Below are positions 28,523 through 38,156 of a stretch of DNA of 64,000 nt, one piece after another. The position numbers were made by a program, and so were the translations under genes. Each line of letters starts with the position of its first letter. Position 1 is the first letter of the stretch. The notes below the pieces were generated by a model that worked only from the letters and a program-made list of their open reading frames with translations, searched no databases and had not been told where the DNA came from. The DNA is from a virus: IMG/VR virus record IMGVR_UViG_3300045988_141143, one strand, 5' to 3'.

Positions 28523-28852
28523 TCACTCGATGGTTCTGTCAGAGCCTCGGGCATGACCTTCACTTTCTTTTCTTTCATAATCGTATAGTCTTGTGAATAA
28601 TCTCTGCAGCCAAAGCAGCAAAAGCAAAAGCCAGTTGGAACAATAAGCTGCAAGAATGGACAACAGCGCAGCCCCGACGGGAGGACAACGCATACAAACA
28701 AGTACGGCAAGCACGCTCCAGAACGTAAGGCACTGAGGGCATGATGCTACCTTGTTCAACACCTGGGCTACGGCTTCAGCCAATCCCAGATGCTGAATGA
28801 GCGTCGCGGCCGTCAGGACTGCGAGGGTTACTAACAGGTACTCCGTCATCAT
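28523..28852 (-). CDS. Small membrane protein, holin-like candidate
   Basis: 109 aa with 2-3 predicted transmembrane helices, in the lysis neighbourhood. Confidence 0.35.
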   Translation of the reverse strand: MMTEYLLVTLAVLTAATLIQHLGLAEAVAQVLNKVASCPQCLTFWSVLAVLVCMRCPPVGAALLSILAAYCSNWLLLLLLWLQRLFTRLYDYERKESEGHARGSDRTIE

Positions 28853-28861
28853 CGTCAGAGT

Positions 28862-29293
28862 TTAAGCGGTCGCTGTGATGGTGAGGGTGAGAGGCGCATC
28901 GCACACAAAGGTCTTACTGCAGCTGCAACAAGCCACACGGGCTATGCCGTTCTGAATCGCACCTACCGAAGCAGACACGGCTGTAATTGCTGTAGCACTG
29001 AACACGGGAATGGTGAAGTCCTGACTCACCACCTGGGAGCGGGTGCAGCACGTGCCGCAGTTGCAGGGCACGTAGTTGATGACACCCTCGGCGTGCATCA
29101 CCACGAGATACTGCGAAGTGCCTACCTTGACAATATTCTTCACCGAAAACTGGGGCACGAACACGGGTGTCTCGTCCACACAGGCAGGTGTGCAGAGCTG
29201 CTGCGTGATGTTCACATCATAATAAGGGGCAGTGGCTGTCGCACCTACTGCCAGAGTAGCCGTAATGACGGCTGGAATGGTTCTTTTGTTCAT
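28862..29293 (-). CDS. Secreted cysteine-rich protein (143 aa)
   Basis: Signal peptide 'MNKRTIPAVITATLAVGATATA' (start taken at the internal ATG at 29293). About 12 Cys, including 'CNCGTCC' and 'ACCSCS'. Confidence 0.4.
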   Translation of the reverse strand: MNKRTIPAVITATLAVGATATAPYYDVNITQQLCTPACVDETPVFVPQFSVKNIVKVGTSQYLVVMHAEGVINYVPCNCGTCCTRSQVVSQDFTIPVFSATAITAVSASVGAIQNGIARVACCSCSKTFVCDAPLTLTITATA

Positions 29294-29401
29294 AATCTTT
29301 TTCTTTTTTAATAAAGCGACGAAACTTGCCGCCGCATTCTTTTTAATTGATAAATAGTGCAGGACGTATCTCCTACTGTCAGAGAAAAGGCGAGGCACAC
29401 G

Positions 29402-29824
29402 TTAATGTTTCACCTGATAGCCTGTCGATGACTCCACAGGGAGGTTCTTCTGCAGAAGGTCTGCCAGCTCGTCGAGGTCATCCTCGTCGAAGGTGATCAT
29501 GCCCTCAAGGATAGAGAGCGACCCCTTGAAGCGCAACTGGTCCACCACGTCGTGAGCCATCTGCGGAATGCTCTCGTCGGGAATGTTACCGAAGTACTTG
29601 CATAGCATCGGCGTGACGAGCGCATTCACTATGGGCTGAATCATGGGTTCCATGTCGGCCTGCAGCGAGTAGTTGCCGCTCACCAGTCCCATGCTGCCGA
29701 TGGTGGCTTGCAACGACTGGAGCATGGGCAGACGCATCAGGTTGCTGGCAGCAATCTGCGAAATGGCTGGCCGTGCCCACTCGGACACGACCGCCGCCAA
29801 AATCTGAGAATTGGTGTAATCCAT
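29402..29824 (-). CDS. Hypothetical phage protein (140 aa)
   Basis: Intact ORF, acidic. Confidence 0.4.
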   Translation of the reverse strand: MDYTNSQILAAVVSEWARPAISQIAASNLMRLPMLQSLQATIGSMGLVSGNYSLQADMEPMIQPIVNALVTPMLCKYFGNIPDESIPQMAHDVVDQLRFKGSLSILEGMITFDEDDLDELADLLQKNLPVESSTGYQVKH

Positions 29825-29836
29825 ATCTCACGCCGA

Positions 29837-30355
29837 TTACTGGTTACAGCCACAACCACAACCGCAGCCGGTCTGGCATACGTTGGAGGAAGGGATAAAC
29901 ACCTTGGTGACACTCGCAAGAGATGCCACCTGCGACTTCAGCACGTCGATGTTGGCATTGGCAGCAGCATTGTATGCCACCTGCTGTGCGTTGATCGCCT
30001 GCTGTGCGTCCTTGTTGGCATCCACCTTGTCTTCCACACGGCGCAACTTCGTGTCGAGATACTGGGTTACCTCCACCAACTTCTTGTCGGTGTAGTTCTC
30101 GCTCTTCTGGATGGCGAGCTCAGTCTTGAGTGTAGAGTTCTCCTGAATGAGGTTGGTCTCACTCTTGGTGACAAAACGTGCATCGGGGTCGGAAGGGTTG
30201 GCAGTAGCCGGACCGCCGTTTCTCGTCATGCCCAACAGCGAAGCGCCACCGCCCAAAAGGCTGGTAGCCAATCCCGCAATACCAAGGCCAAGGGCTGTGT
30301 TACCTAAGCCTTTGCTGGCAACATCATAGTTGCCGTCATTAGTTTTTACTTGCAT
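29837..30355 (-). CDS. Spanin-like protein: glycine-zipper TM helix, coiled coil and C-terminal CGCGCGC
   Basis: 'LGNTALGLGIAGLATSLLGGGASLLG' (glycine zipper). Heptad-rich middle. C-terminus 'CQTGCGCGCGCNQ'. Confidence 0.35.
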   Translation of the reverse strand: MQVKTNDGNYDVASKGLGNTALGLGIAGLATSLLGGGASLLGMTRNGGPATANPSDPDARFVTKSETNLIQENSTLKTELAIQKSENYTDKKLVEVTQYLDTKLRRVEDKVDANKDAQQAINAQQVAYNAAANANIDVLKSQVASLASVTKVFIPSSNVCQTGCGCGCGCNQ

Positions 30356-30530
30356 AATGATTGATATTTAAAAAAATTCTTCCAATATCGGAATCATCTG
30401 CAAAAGTAAAGGGAAACAGACAAAAAGAAAAGGGAAGTTTATGAAGTATTCTTACAGGAAAACCACGAAACAGAAATGCTTATGAAAACATAAACAGGCA
30501 CTATATATAAAGGTATAATAAGAATATCTT

Positions 30531-31439
30531 TTATCGCATGGCTTCCTCAAGAGTTCTAATATAAGGTATGGCTTCGTTGCGCACAATGTCGAGAAAAAGT
30601 TGTGCTGACCGCTTCATCGGCACGTCCTTCATCCAGTGGGCATTGCTCATCAGGTCGTGCTCAAGCCCAGCGATGGGACGGACGGTAAGGGTGGGGTGAC
30701 TCTTCAGATAAAGTTTAGGCATGAAAGTAACACAATGGGTTTCTTCCACGATGGCAAGGTCTTCGTTGGGGTCGCTCACAATACATTTTACATTCAGTTT
30801 CATCAAGTCGTATCTCAGATATTGCTGGAAGGTATTGAACACCCTTTCGCCTACATCGGGCATAATCACGTTGTGCCTTAACAAATCCTCGTATGACACC
30901 TTTTCCAGTCGGGCCAAAGGATGGGTGTCCCGCATCATCGCATAGATACGGAAAGGAATACAGGGTTCTGACTTGATACCCTCATTCTTGTAGGCAGAGT
31001 TCAGAGTGAAGGCGAGGTCAATGGAGTGGCTTCTCAACAGGTGGTTCAAGTTCGCTGCCTTGGCAAACTCGGCGTTGATTCTCACATTCGGGTATCGCTC
31101 CATGAAGATAAGTGCAGCCATCCGAATGTAAGGTGCGATAAAAGAGCCTACACCTATCCTCAGCTCGCCCACAAGGCAGTTGTTGAGCGCATTGATTTGC
31201 TCCTTGCAGTCATCCGTCTGCTTCAGTATCTCCTTGGCGCGAGGCAAAAGCGCCTCGCCGCTCTCGGTGAGCATGATGCTGTGCGAGGTGCGGATAAGCA
31301 GCTTGCACCTCAGTTCATCCTCAAGAGCCTTGATGTGCTGACTGATGGCGGACTGAGTGACACAACAGCGCGTGGCTGCAATGCTGAAAGATAAAGTTTC
31401 AGCGACATATACAAATGAGCGCAAATGACGAAGTTCCAT
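30531..31439 (-). CDS. LysR-family transcriptional regulator
   Basis: N-terminal wHTH 'MELRHLRSFVYVAETLSFSIAATRCCVTQSAISQHIKALEDEL' followed by a substrate-binding-like domain. AT-rich flanks. Confidence 0.75.
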   Translation of the reverse strand: MELRHLRSFVYVAETLSFSIAATRCCVTQSAISQHIKALEDELRCKLLIRTSHSIMLTESGEALLPRAKEILKQTDDCKEQINALNNCLVGELRIGVGSFIAPYIRMAALIFMERYPNVRINAEFAKAANLNHLLRSHSIDLAFTLNSAYKNEGIKSEPCIPFRIYAMMRDTHPLARLEKVSYEDLLRHNVIMPDVGERVFNTFQQYLRYDLMKLNVKCIVSDPNEDLAIVEETHCVTFMPKLYLKSHPTLTVRPIAGLEHDLMSNAHWMKDVPMKRSAQLFLDIVRNEAIPYIRTLEEAMR

Positions 31440-31812
31440 AATAGTTAAATGTTAATAGACCAATAATAAATTCATGCCGCAAATTTACACAAAATATTTA
31501 AAGATAACAGAAACCTCGCATTAAAATTGCTAATATTATAATAACAAAAAACCCGGTATCATAGACTTATTAGCCAAGATACCGAGTCTTTGAAAGTATA
31601 AATTTTAAAATCGTAAATGTTATGCCTTACAATTTAGAGCGATCAATCATCATCAATCAATGTACTGGCGGTGCTTGTCGGAGTTGTACTTGCGTCTGTC
31701 GGCTTCACACTTGCAGAGCTCGTCCTTCCCGCAGTCGCTCTCGCAGCCGCTTTCTTTGCTGCTGATGTTCCTGGGTCGGCGGAATCAGTCTCGCCCTTAT
31801 CAGTTCCGCCCG

Positions 31813-32379
31813 TTATCCCCCCACTGCCTTGGAAGCAAGGAGTGAATCCCATCCTTCCGTTGCAGGATCGGTCACGTAGAGGTTAGGATAAAGCACACCG
31901 GACAATTTTGCCTCGTAGGTGGTTTTACGCTCGTCGCCGATTTTTGCGCCAGTGTCCGTTTTAATTCCACCATTGTCGAACTTCACCTTGATGTTAGGAT
32001 CGTACATGATCTGCGTCTTGTCGTTTCCCTTACCTGTTACAATGATGAAAATATCCAGGTTGTTGGCGGCGCGGGCAAGCTTGCCGGCGACCTCGTTCAC
32101 AGCGGCGACAGCAAAGTTAGAGGTGATCTCGAAGCCACCTTTATAACCAGCCGAAGAACCCTGAATCTGCTGTGTGTCATCGCTGGCTTCAACCTTGTAA
32201 AGTCCCTTACCGCTCTTGAAGGTAGGAGTAGAATAAGTGCTGCCGGTGAGAGTCAGTGGCGCAGCCAAATCACTCTTCAGACCGATATACACATTATTGC
32301 CCATACCTGCGATATTCTCCAAGCACTCGTTTTCGTTCAGTACATCCACGAGCTCAGGACATGTTGCTTTTTCTGCCAT
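31813..32379 (-). CDS. Hypothetical structural protein downstream of the capsid gene (188 aa)
   Basis: Position only. Beta-rich, Gly/Thr-rich. Confidence 0.4.
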   Translation of the reverse strand: MAEKATCPELVDVLNENECLENIAGMGNNVYIGLKSDLAAPLTLTGSTYSTPTFKSGKGLYKVEASDDTQQIQGSSAGYKGGFEITSNFAVAAVNEVAGKLARAANNLDIFIIVTGKGNDKTQIMYDPNIKVKFDNGGIKTDTGAKIGDERKTTYEAKLSGVLYPNLYVTDPATEGWDSLLASKAVGG

Positions 32380-32490
32380 AGTCGTATCTTGTTTTAATGG
32401 TTTAATAAGAAAAGGCGGCGACCGACATTTTCCGTCAGGTCAGCCGACCGCCGCCCGTGAATTTATTATTATGAGCAGTCGTGCCGATGA

Positions 32491-33777
32491 TTACTCACTT
32501 GCCTTGAAGAAGGCAGTAAGACCCATACTCATACCAGTAGCGGTGATGGTGATGGACTTCTCCTTGCTGCCGTTGCTCCAATGTGAGAACTTATCCTTTG
32601 TACCGTCCTTTGCCTCAAGAGTCAGGATCTGGTTAGGAGTGGTTTCTACGGCCTTGTCGTATTTAGTACCGTTGACGGTTACTGAAGCGTCGGTAATCTC
32701 CTTGCCTTCAGTTTCTGCGATAGTCACTACAAGGTTAGAGTTGGTATAGTCGCCAGATACGAAGTCAGTGCAGCGCAGCTCACCATCCGTAACAGCCAAA
32801 GCCCATGAGAATGGATTTTCGATACCGTAGCCCTGAATACTCTGACACTGGAACTGCAGGTCACGTGTATCGTTGTCAGAGCCGAGGCGTACATCGACGA
32901 AAGTCTGATTACCCTCTGAATCAACAGCGAACACGAGGTTGCCGGCAACAGAGAAGATGATGCGGTCGCCTTCACCCATACCGTCTACAGGAGCGATAGT
33001 TACCTTTGGCAACTCAGGAATCTTGTAGTTACCGTCTGCTACTACGTCGAGCTTGTGAGTACCGTATGACTGGAGAGCATAAGCATCAGAGATATTGATA
33101 GCAGTCTCTGTAGTCATGTAAGCGAAAATCTGCTGACGACGAAGACGTGGATCAAGCTTCATGTAAGCTTCACGGAAGTTCTTGTAAGCAGAACTATCTG
33201 TGGAAGACGTAGGAGCTGAGATGGCTTCACAATGAATGAGGTTATGGTTAGCCTCACTGATCAAGCCGTCCTCGATGTCATGGTTGATACAGGTAATCCA
33301 GCCATCAGCCAAGCCCATAGCCTTCTCCTCTTCGGTAGCGCCCTCGTGATCGTTGTCGATGTCACCCCACCAGGCGTTATTGTAGATGTCATCTGCATGG
33401 GTTTTGATTACGGCCTCTACAGCAACAGTAGAAAGAGGATAAGCACCCTGCGCGTCTGTACCATGGATTGTCTCGCAATATCTGTCGATATTATCAGAAC
33501 CATGGAACCAAGCGAGCTTGGCAGTAAGTACGCGCTCTTTCAGGAAGCCCACCTCGCTGTTCATCTTAGGATTGACATCCTTTCGGCGAGTGGTGCCACC
33601 TTTACGCAAGAAGATGTTAGTTGTACGCTGATACTGGATGCCACTGATAACTTTTACTCCAAGACGCTGCATATCTTCAGGAGCTGCATACTGTGGTCCC
33701 ATCACGACGCTTTTAAAAACTTGGTTAGCTACCTGCTGAAGGACATCAATACCAATAAAGTTTTTAGGTGTATTCAT
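32491..33777 (-). CDS. Major capsid protein candidate (428 aa)
   Basis: Immediately downstream of the S49 protease/scaffold gene. Size and composition fit HK97-like MCPs. No diagnostic motif visible by eye. Confidence 0.45.
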   Translation of the reverse strand: MNTPKNFIGIDVLQQVANQVFKSVVMGPQYAAPEDMQRLGVKVISGIQYQRTTNIFLRKGGTTRRKDVNPKMNSEVGFLKERVLTAKLAWFHGSDNIDRYCETIHGTDAQGAYPLSTVAVEAVIKTHADDIYNNAWWGDIDNDHEGATEEEKAMGLADGWITCINHDIEDGLISEANHNLIHCEAISAPTSSTDSSAYKNFREAYMKLDPRLRRQQIFAYMTTETAINISDAYALQSYGTHKLDVVADGNYKIPELPKVTIAPVDGMGEGDRIIFSVAGNLVFAVDSEGNQTFVDVRLGSDNDTRDLQFQCQSIQGYGIENPFSWALAVTDGELRCTDFVSGDYTNSNLVVTIAETEGKEITDASVTVNGTKYDKAVETTPNQILTLEAKDGTKDKFSHWSNGSKEKSITITATGMSMGLTAFFKASE

Positions 33778-33830
33778 AATACTTTACTTTTTAAAAATGT
33801 GAATGAAAGTTTGAAAAAATAGAAATGATG

Positions 33831-35552
33831 TTAGAGAAGACCATTATCACGTTTATACTTCTCGATAGCCTTCTTTGAGCCAACAGGATCTGAAGGGTTC
33901 CAAGTGGGGTAGGCTGTATGAGGTTCGGTTACCTGTGCGCCTTCTCCGTTGTTACCTGGTGCAGTTCCTGCCGCAGGTTCCTTGCCAGCCTCTTCGGTAA
34001 GGGCGGCTATCTGGGCGTCCTTGTCGGCAATGGTCTGCTCGGCTGTAGCGAGCGATTCCTTTGCGCCTTTCAGTTCCTCTTCGACCTTGGCTTTGTCGGT
34101 TGTCAGGGCAGCTATCTCCTCATCCTTCTTGGTTGTCAGGGCAGCTATCTCCTCGTCCTTCTTGGCAGTAAGAGTTGTCAGTTCCTCGTTCTTCTTGGCG
34201 AGAGTTGCAGCCGTTTCATCAGAAAGAGTCTTAGCTGCATCGTGTTCTTTCTGAAGAGCATCAAACTTAGCCTGAAGGTCGGCGAGCTTTTGCTCTGCTG
34301 TAGTGGCTTTCTGCTTGGCATCGGCCACAGCCTGCTCGTTGGTGTTCAACTTGGTTTCGAGAGAGTCGAGCAATGGAGCATTCATGAATGTGCCTTCTGC
34401 ATTGACTTCAATCTCGCCTTCCTTGATACCACAAGCAGCGCTAATCAATGGGTAATTTTTCATATCAATATGAGTTTGGTTAAAATTGTTGTTGTTATCC
34501 TTTTTTGAAGATGGAGCGGTTGTTGGCTCTTGTGCTGAACTGGCTACTGTAGCTGAGGTAGAGGCGTTCTTAGGCTCTTTTTCTGTGCCTTCGGTATCAG
34601 TACCTTGGTCATCAGTGGTGATTTCTCTCTCGATAGGCTTTGCTGTACCATTGTAGAGATCGAAGCAGCGGTGGATGCAGTCAAGGAAAGTAGATTGACC
34701 ATCCACCAAAATGCCCTTTGCCTCTTCGGCTGTGAATATCTTTCCATGGAGATGCTCCTTTTTAGCTTTCGGGCAAGCCTTCTTTACATCTCTGCGGAAC
34801 TCGACGCCCAGTTCAGCCAACTCTGCCACGAACTTCTTCGTATTGCCGTCGTTGGCAATATCACGGAACTCGCGATTCTTGTCATAAGACTCCGGATCGT
34901 AAATCTCGTGATAAGTCTTGTTGGTGAACTTGTTGGTACTGCCGTCGGCCTCAGTATAAAAAGCACCCATCACACCGATGCAGCCTACACCGTCCTTCGG
35001 GTGCATGTAATATCGCTCATCGCAGAGAGAGGCGAGATACATACCGGCAGAATAGCAGTCGCCATCGATAAAACACAGAACTGGCTGGCCAAGTGAACGT
35101 GCGTAATTGATGGCCTGTTCATAATCATTCTTAGCCCATGCTGTACCGCCAGGTGTGTCAATAATAAAGATATGACCACGACACAAAGGATGATTGGCTG
35201 CATTAATCATTATGTTACGATGATCGACGGAACCATACGAGCAACCGCCGCCATTGCGGGTGATAGGACCATCAACTGTAAGGACAGAGACAAAAGGAAA
35301 ATTTTGTGCATCATCATCTTTGAGAGCCCACTGACTTCTCACCTGATTACCATCCTCTGAGATCTGATATTCCTCGGGATAGTAGACGCATCCGTTCTCG
35401 TCTATAGCAGTGACAAAACCGCAAGTCTTCTGAGGCTTCTCGAAAGCAGCATGAGTGTTCAGGTTCTGCTCTAAGGCCTTACGTATTCCGTGTACGAACT
35501 CGGGGTTGATCATCCACTCCTTGTTGGTCATAATTTCAAAAAGACCTTTCAT
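33831..35552 (-). CDS. Prohead protease (S49/SppA family) fused to a coiled-coil scaffolding domain
   Basis: 'TVDGPITRNGG', 'IDTPGGTA' and 'GDCYSAGMYLASLCDERY' (S49 Ser region). C-terminal 200 aa form an Ala/Glu/Lys coiled coil with a tandem 11-aa repeat. Confidence 0.65.
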   Translation of the reverse strand: MKGLFEIMTNKEWMINPEFVHGIRKALEQNLNTHAAFEKPQKTCGFVTAIDENGCVYYPEEYQISEDGNQVRSQWALKDDDAQNFPFVSVLTVDGPITRNGGGCSYGSVDHRNIMINAANHPLCRGHIFIIDTPGGTAWAKNDYEQAINYARSLGQPVLCFIDGDCYSAGMYLASLCDERYYMHPKDGVGCIGVMGAFYTEADGSTNKFTNKTYHEIYDPESYDKNREFRDIANDGNTKKFVAELAELGVEFRRDVKKACPKAKKEHLHGKIFTAEEAKGILVDGQSTFLDCIHRCFDLYNGTAKPIEREITTDDQGTDTEGTEKEPKNASTSATVASSAQEPTTAPSSKKDNNNNFNQTHIDMKNYPLISAACGIKEGEIEVNAEGTFMNAPLLDSLETKLNTNEQAVADAKQKATTAEQKLADLQAKFDALQKEHDAAKTLSDETAATLAKKNEELTTLTAKKDEEIAALTTKKDEEIAALTTDKAKVEEELKGAKESLATAEQTIADKDAQIAALTEEAGKEPAAGTAPGNNGEGAQVTEPHTAYPTWNPSDPVGSKKAIEKYKRDNGLL

Positions 35553-35757
35553 ACGGGTTTAAAAATTAAGATTGTGAATGTAAGTTATCCTGTAAACAAT
35601 TCTTTTTACCAAAGAATGTACTATGTCAAATGTTTCTGTTTGCAAAGGTAATAGATTGAAGGTAGGCAAAAAGGACAAAAAAACGCCGCTATCCTCACGG
35701 ACAACGACGTTGACAACTAAATACTATTTCTGATATTTAACGAATATATTATAAAAT

Positions 35758-36246
35758 TTATTCCAACTGAATAGGAATAAAATCGGACATTGCTTTACAA
35801 GTGGCTGTTATGGTTCTCGACTCCGAACTGTTTGTAGCAGTCGAAGATGTGGCAAGTCGGAAAGTATGAGCAAGCGTATAACAGAGCCAAAACGATTCGT
35901 CTCGCCTACGAAGTACTATATAATAGTCCTTACCCTTCATTAGTTTAGACGCTTCGCATACAAGATTACCACCAGTCAACACATTTACACTCACCTCAAA
36001 GGTATAAACAGTTCCGTTTCCACCTTGCGATGGAGTTTCTTTTGCTGTAATGCTGCTTGCCAATACCGTATGTTCTCCTTCAGACATGGCGATATGCAGC
36101 GCTGGCTCGGAAAAATTGCAGTTGTTTATCTGCATAATCTGAGCGACAAATGGCGGAACAGGGATAGAGGAATGTTCCACATCATGAAAGTAAACGTCGG
36201 TTACGCCATCGAGAAACGTCTCCCTACAATTATCTGGTACAAACAT
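35758..36246 (-). CDS. Hypothetical phage protein (162 aa)
   Basis: Intact ORF upstream of the protease. Confidence 0.35.
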   Translation of the reverse strand: MFVPDNCRETFLDGVTDVYFHDVEHSSIPVPPFVAQIMQINNCNFSEPALHIAMSEGEHTVLASSITAKETPSQGGNGTVYTFEVSVNVLTGGNLVCEASKLMKGKDYYIVLRRRDESFWLCYTLAHTFRLATSSTATNSSESRTITATCKAMSDFIPIQLE

Positions 36247-36318
36247 ATATATCGAATATTATAATTAAACTTTTAACTTATTTTACTTTTCTTATTAACA
36301 CATTTTTAAAGGCGGTAT

Positions 36319-37050
36319 TTATAGCCATTGTATCTCGTCAATGTGCATACAGCTTTCTTTTGCGTCGCCATACTGCATATCGAAACACGAAAACGACTTA
36401 TAATTGGCGTGTTCGGTACTCAACCAGCGGTTGACGATGCGGCGAAGATTATCCTTTTCTTCGGTTGTCGGTTCTATGCCATATCTCATTAAGTATCGCT
36501 CCAGCGCAGCAGCCCTGGAACGAGCTATCAGACGGCCTTTTGACGTGCAATAATCGAAAGTAGAAAGCGACCACTCCACAATGCTTCGCTTGAAGTCATT
36601 GTTTATGGATGTAAGCAGGCGACGCACACCATGGGTATCAATCGTCCAGGAAGGAGTAACCGACTTGACTACATCTACCATCTCCACCTCATTCGGAAGT
36701 TTAATGCAAAGATAATCTTCATTGTTGGTTTTAGCGTAATCAAGTTTACCGTTCAAGTATTGAACTTCGCCATAAGAAAGATATTGGTGAACATCTCTCT
36801 TGATGACAATACTTCCACCTAAAGGATGTCTGCCTTGCATCATGTTTCGCCACTGCTGTTGCGAAAAACAAGTCATATTGATTTGCTTACAATTAGCCAC
36901 AGCCGGGGTCAGTGAATTGCGCAGAATGAAATGCTCCGGCATATAACTGTTAAAGACCAGAGGATCACACTCGGACAATACGTGGTTAGGGTCTCGATTC
37001 CTGATAAACTGGCACCGACTCAACGGAAGCCGAAGATAGATATTTGGCAT
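36319..37050 (-). CDS. Hypothetical phage protein (243 aa)
   Basis: Intact ORF. Confidence 0.4.
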   Translation of the reverse strand: MPNIYLRLPLSRCQFIRNRDPNHVLSECDPLVFNSYMPEHFILRNSLTPAVANCKQINMTCFSQQQWRNMMQGRHPLGGSIVIKRDVHQYLSYGEVQYLNGKLDYAKTNNEDYLCIKLPNEVEMVDVVKSVTPSWTIDTHGVRRLLTSINNDFKRSIVEWSLSTFDYCTSKGRLIARSRAAALERYLMRYGIEPTTEEKDNLRRIVNRWLSTEHANYKSFSCFDMQYGDAKESCMHIDEIQWL

Positions 37051-37099
37051 CTTAAAAAATGTTTACTTTTTACATTCAGATTGGCAAGAGGGTCTTTTT

Positions 37100-38077
37100 T
37101 TACCTTTTTACTTTTTTACCTTTACTTCTATGGTAGTACAACAGGATAATATCTGTTACTCTAAAGCAATAGTTGGCTGGATCTTTATCCGCTGTGACAG
37201 TACATCCCGCCTCTTTCATCACCTTGTCGAGCCTTTCTGTCTGACTGGGCGATAAAACTTTGACGAGCGATAAAGCATCTATATACGTTCCTCCACTTTC
37301 CGTATGCTTGATAAATTCCTTATCAAAATGGGTTTCATTGTAAAAAAACAGGTTAATGGCTTCTACCATCTGCTCTGCAGTATAAACTGGCAACATGGGT
37401 GTCAGTTTACGAAGCTTCTTGCTGTAGGTAGTCAAACGTTTGCTGAGGTAATCGTCGATACTGTCAGAATATTCAAAATACAGCTGTGCTTTAGGAGTGT
37501 TGTCATCCTTACCAATAACAGACTGATAAAAGCCACGAAGTTGCTGTATCATTTTGATAACACCGTCGAACTGATGGAACTCAGTAGTATTGCCGAAGAC
37601 TGCATACATATTCGACCTGACATCCTTCACGACGCATTCCAGCATGTCGGAAAGAAACGCTACCTTATCAAGGTTGAGTGACAATGTATCTACCTTCTCT
37701 TGCATACCATCCTGAGAATAATCTACAAAATATCTCAGTAGAGTACCGAAGGAGAAAAAGTCGAAGGTAACGTTGGAACGAACATTCGCCAACACAACGG
37801 AGGAATACATCGTATAAGCCAGCTCTAAATCGCGCTTCTGTATCTGCTTCACCAGATTTTGAATTTCCGATGAACCTTGCTTCAACCGACTTGCCACCTT
37901 CGCGAGGTTGTTGCGTCTCGTCATCAACTCATTAAAGTCAGGATCACGAAAGAGTAGGTCAAGCGACTCGGTATATTTCTCCAAAGGTACGTCTTTGAAG
38001 TTAATGGAATAAATGGTAGGCTGCGCATAGATGGCATCTATGCGCTTTGCCTCTTGTTGCTTTTTGCTTTTGCCCAT
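37100..38077 (-). CDS. Hypothetical phage protein (325 aa)
   Basis: Intact ORF. Confidence 0.4.
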   Translation of the reverse strand: MGKSKKQQEAKRIDAIYAQPTIYSINFKDVPLEKYTESLDLLFRDPDFNELMTRRNNLAKVASRLKQGSSEIQNLVKQIQKRDLELAYTMYSSVVLANVRSNVTFDFFSFGTLLRYFVDYSQDGMQEKVDTLSLNLDKVAFLSDMLECVVKDVRSNMYAVFGNTTEFHQFDGVIKMIQQLRGFYQSVIGKDDNTPKAQLYFEYSDSIDDYLSKRLTTYSKKLRKLTPMLPVYTAEQMVEAINLFFYNETHFDKEFIKHTESGGTYIDALSLVKVLSPSQTERLDKVMKEAGCTVTADKDPANYCFRVTDIILLYYHRSKGKKVKR

Positions 38078-38156
38078 ATTAAAATCTACTATTTATCATA
38101 ACGTCCATTAATGACCAAACGGAAAACGCATCTTTAGCCATGATTATCAAATACGA

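Noticed and set aside
31671-31886. 71-aa plus-strand ORF in the GC-rich island
   Set aside because: Ala/Val/Pro-rich low-complexity product in a local GC spike. Opposite in orientation to the whole surrounding operon.
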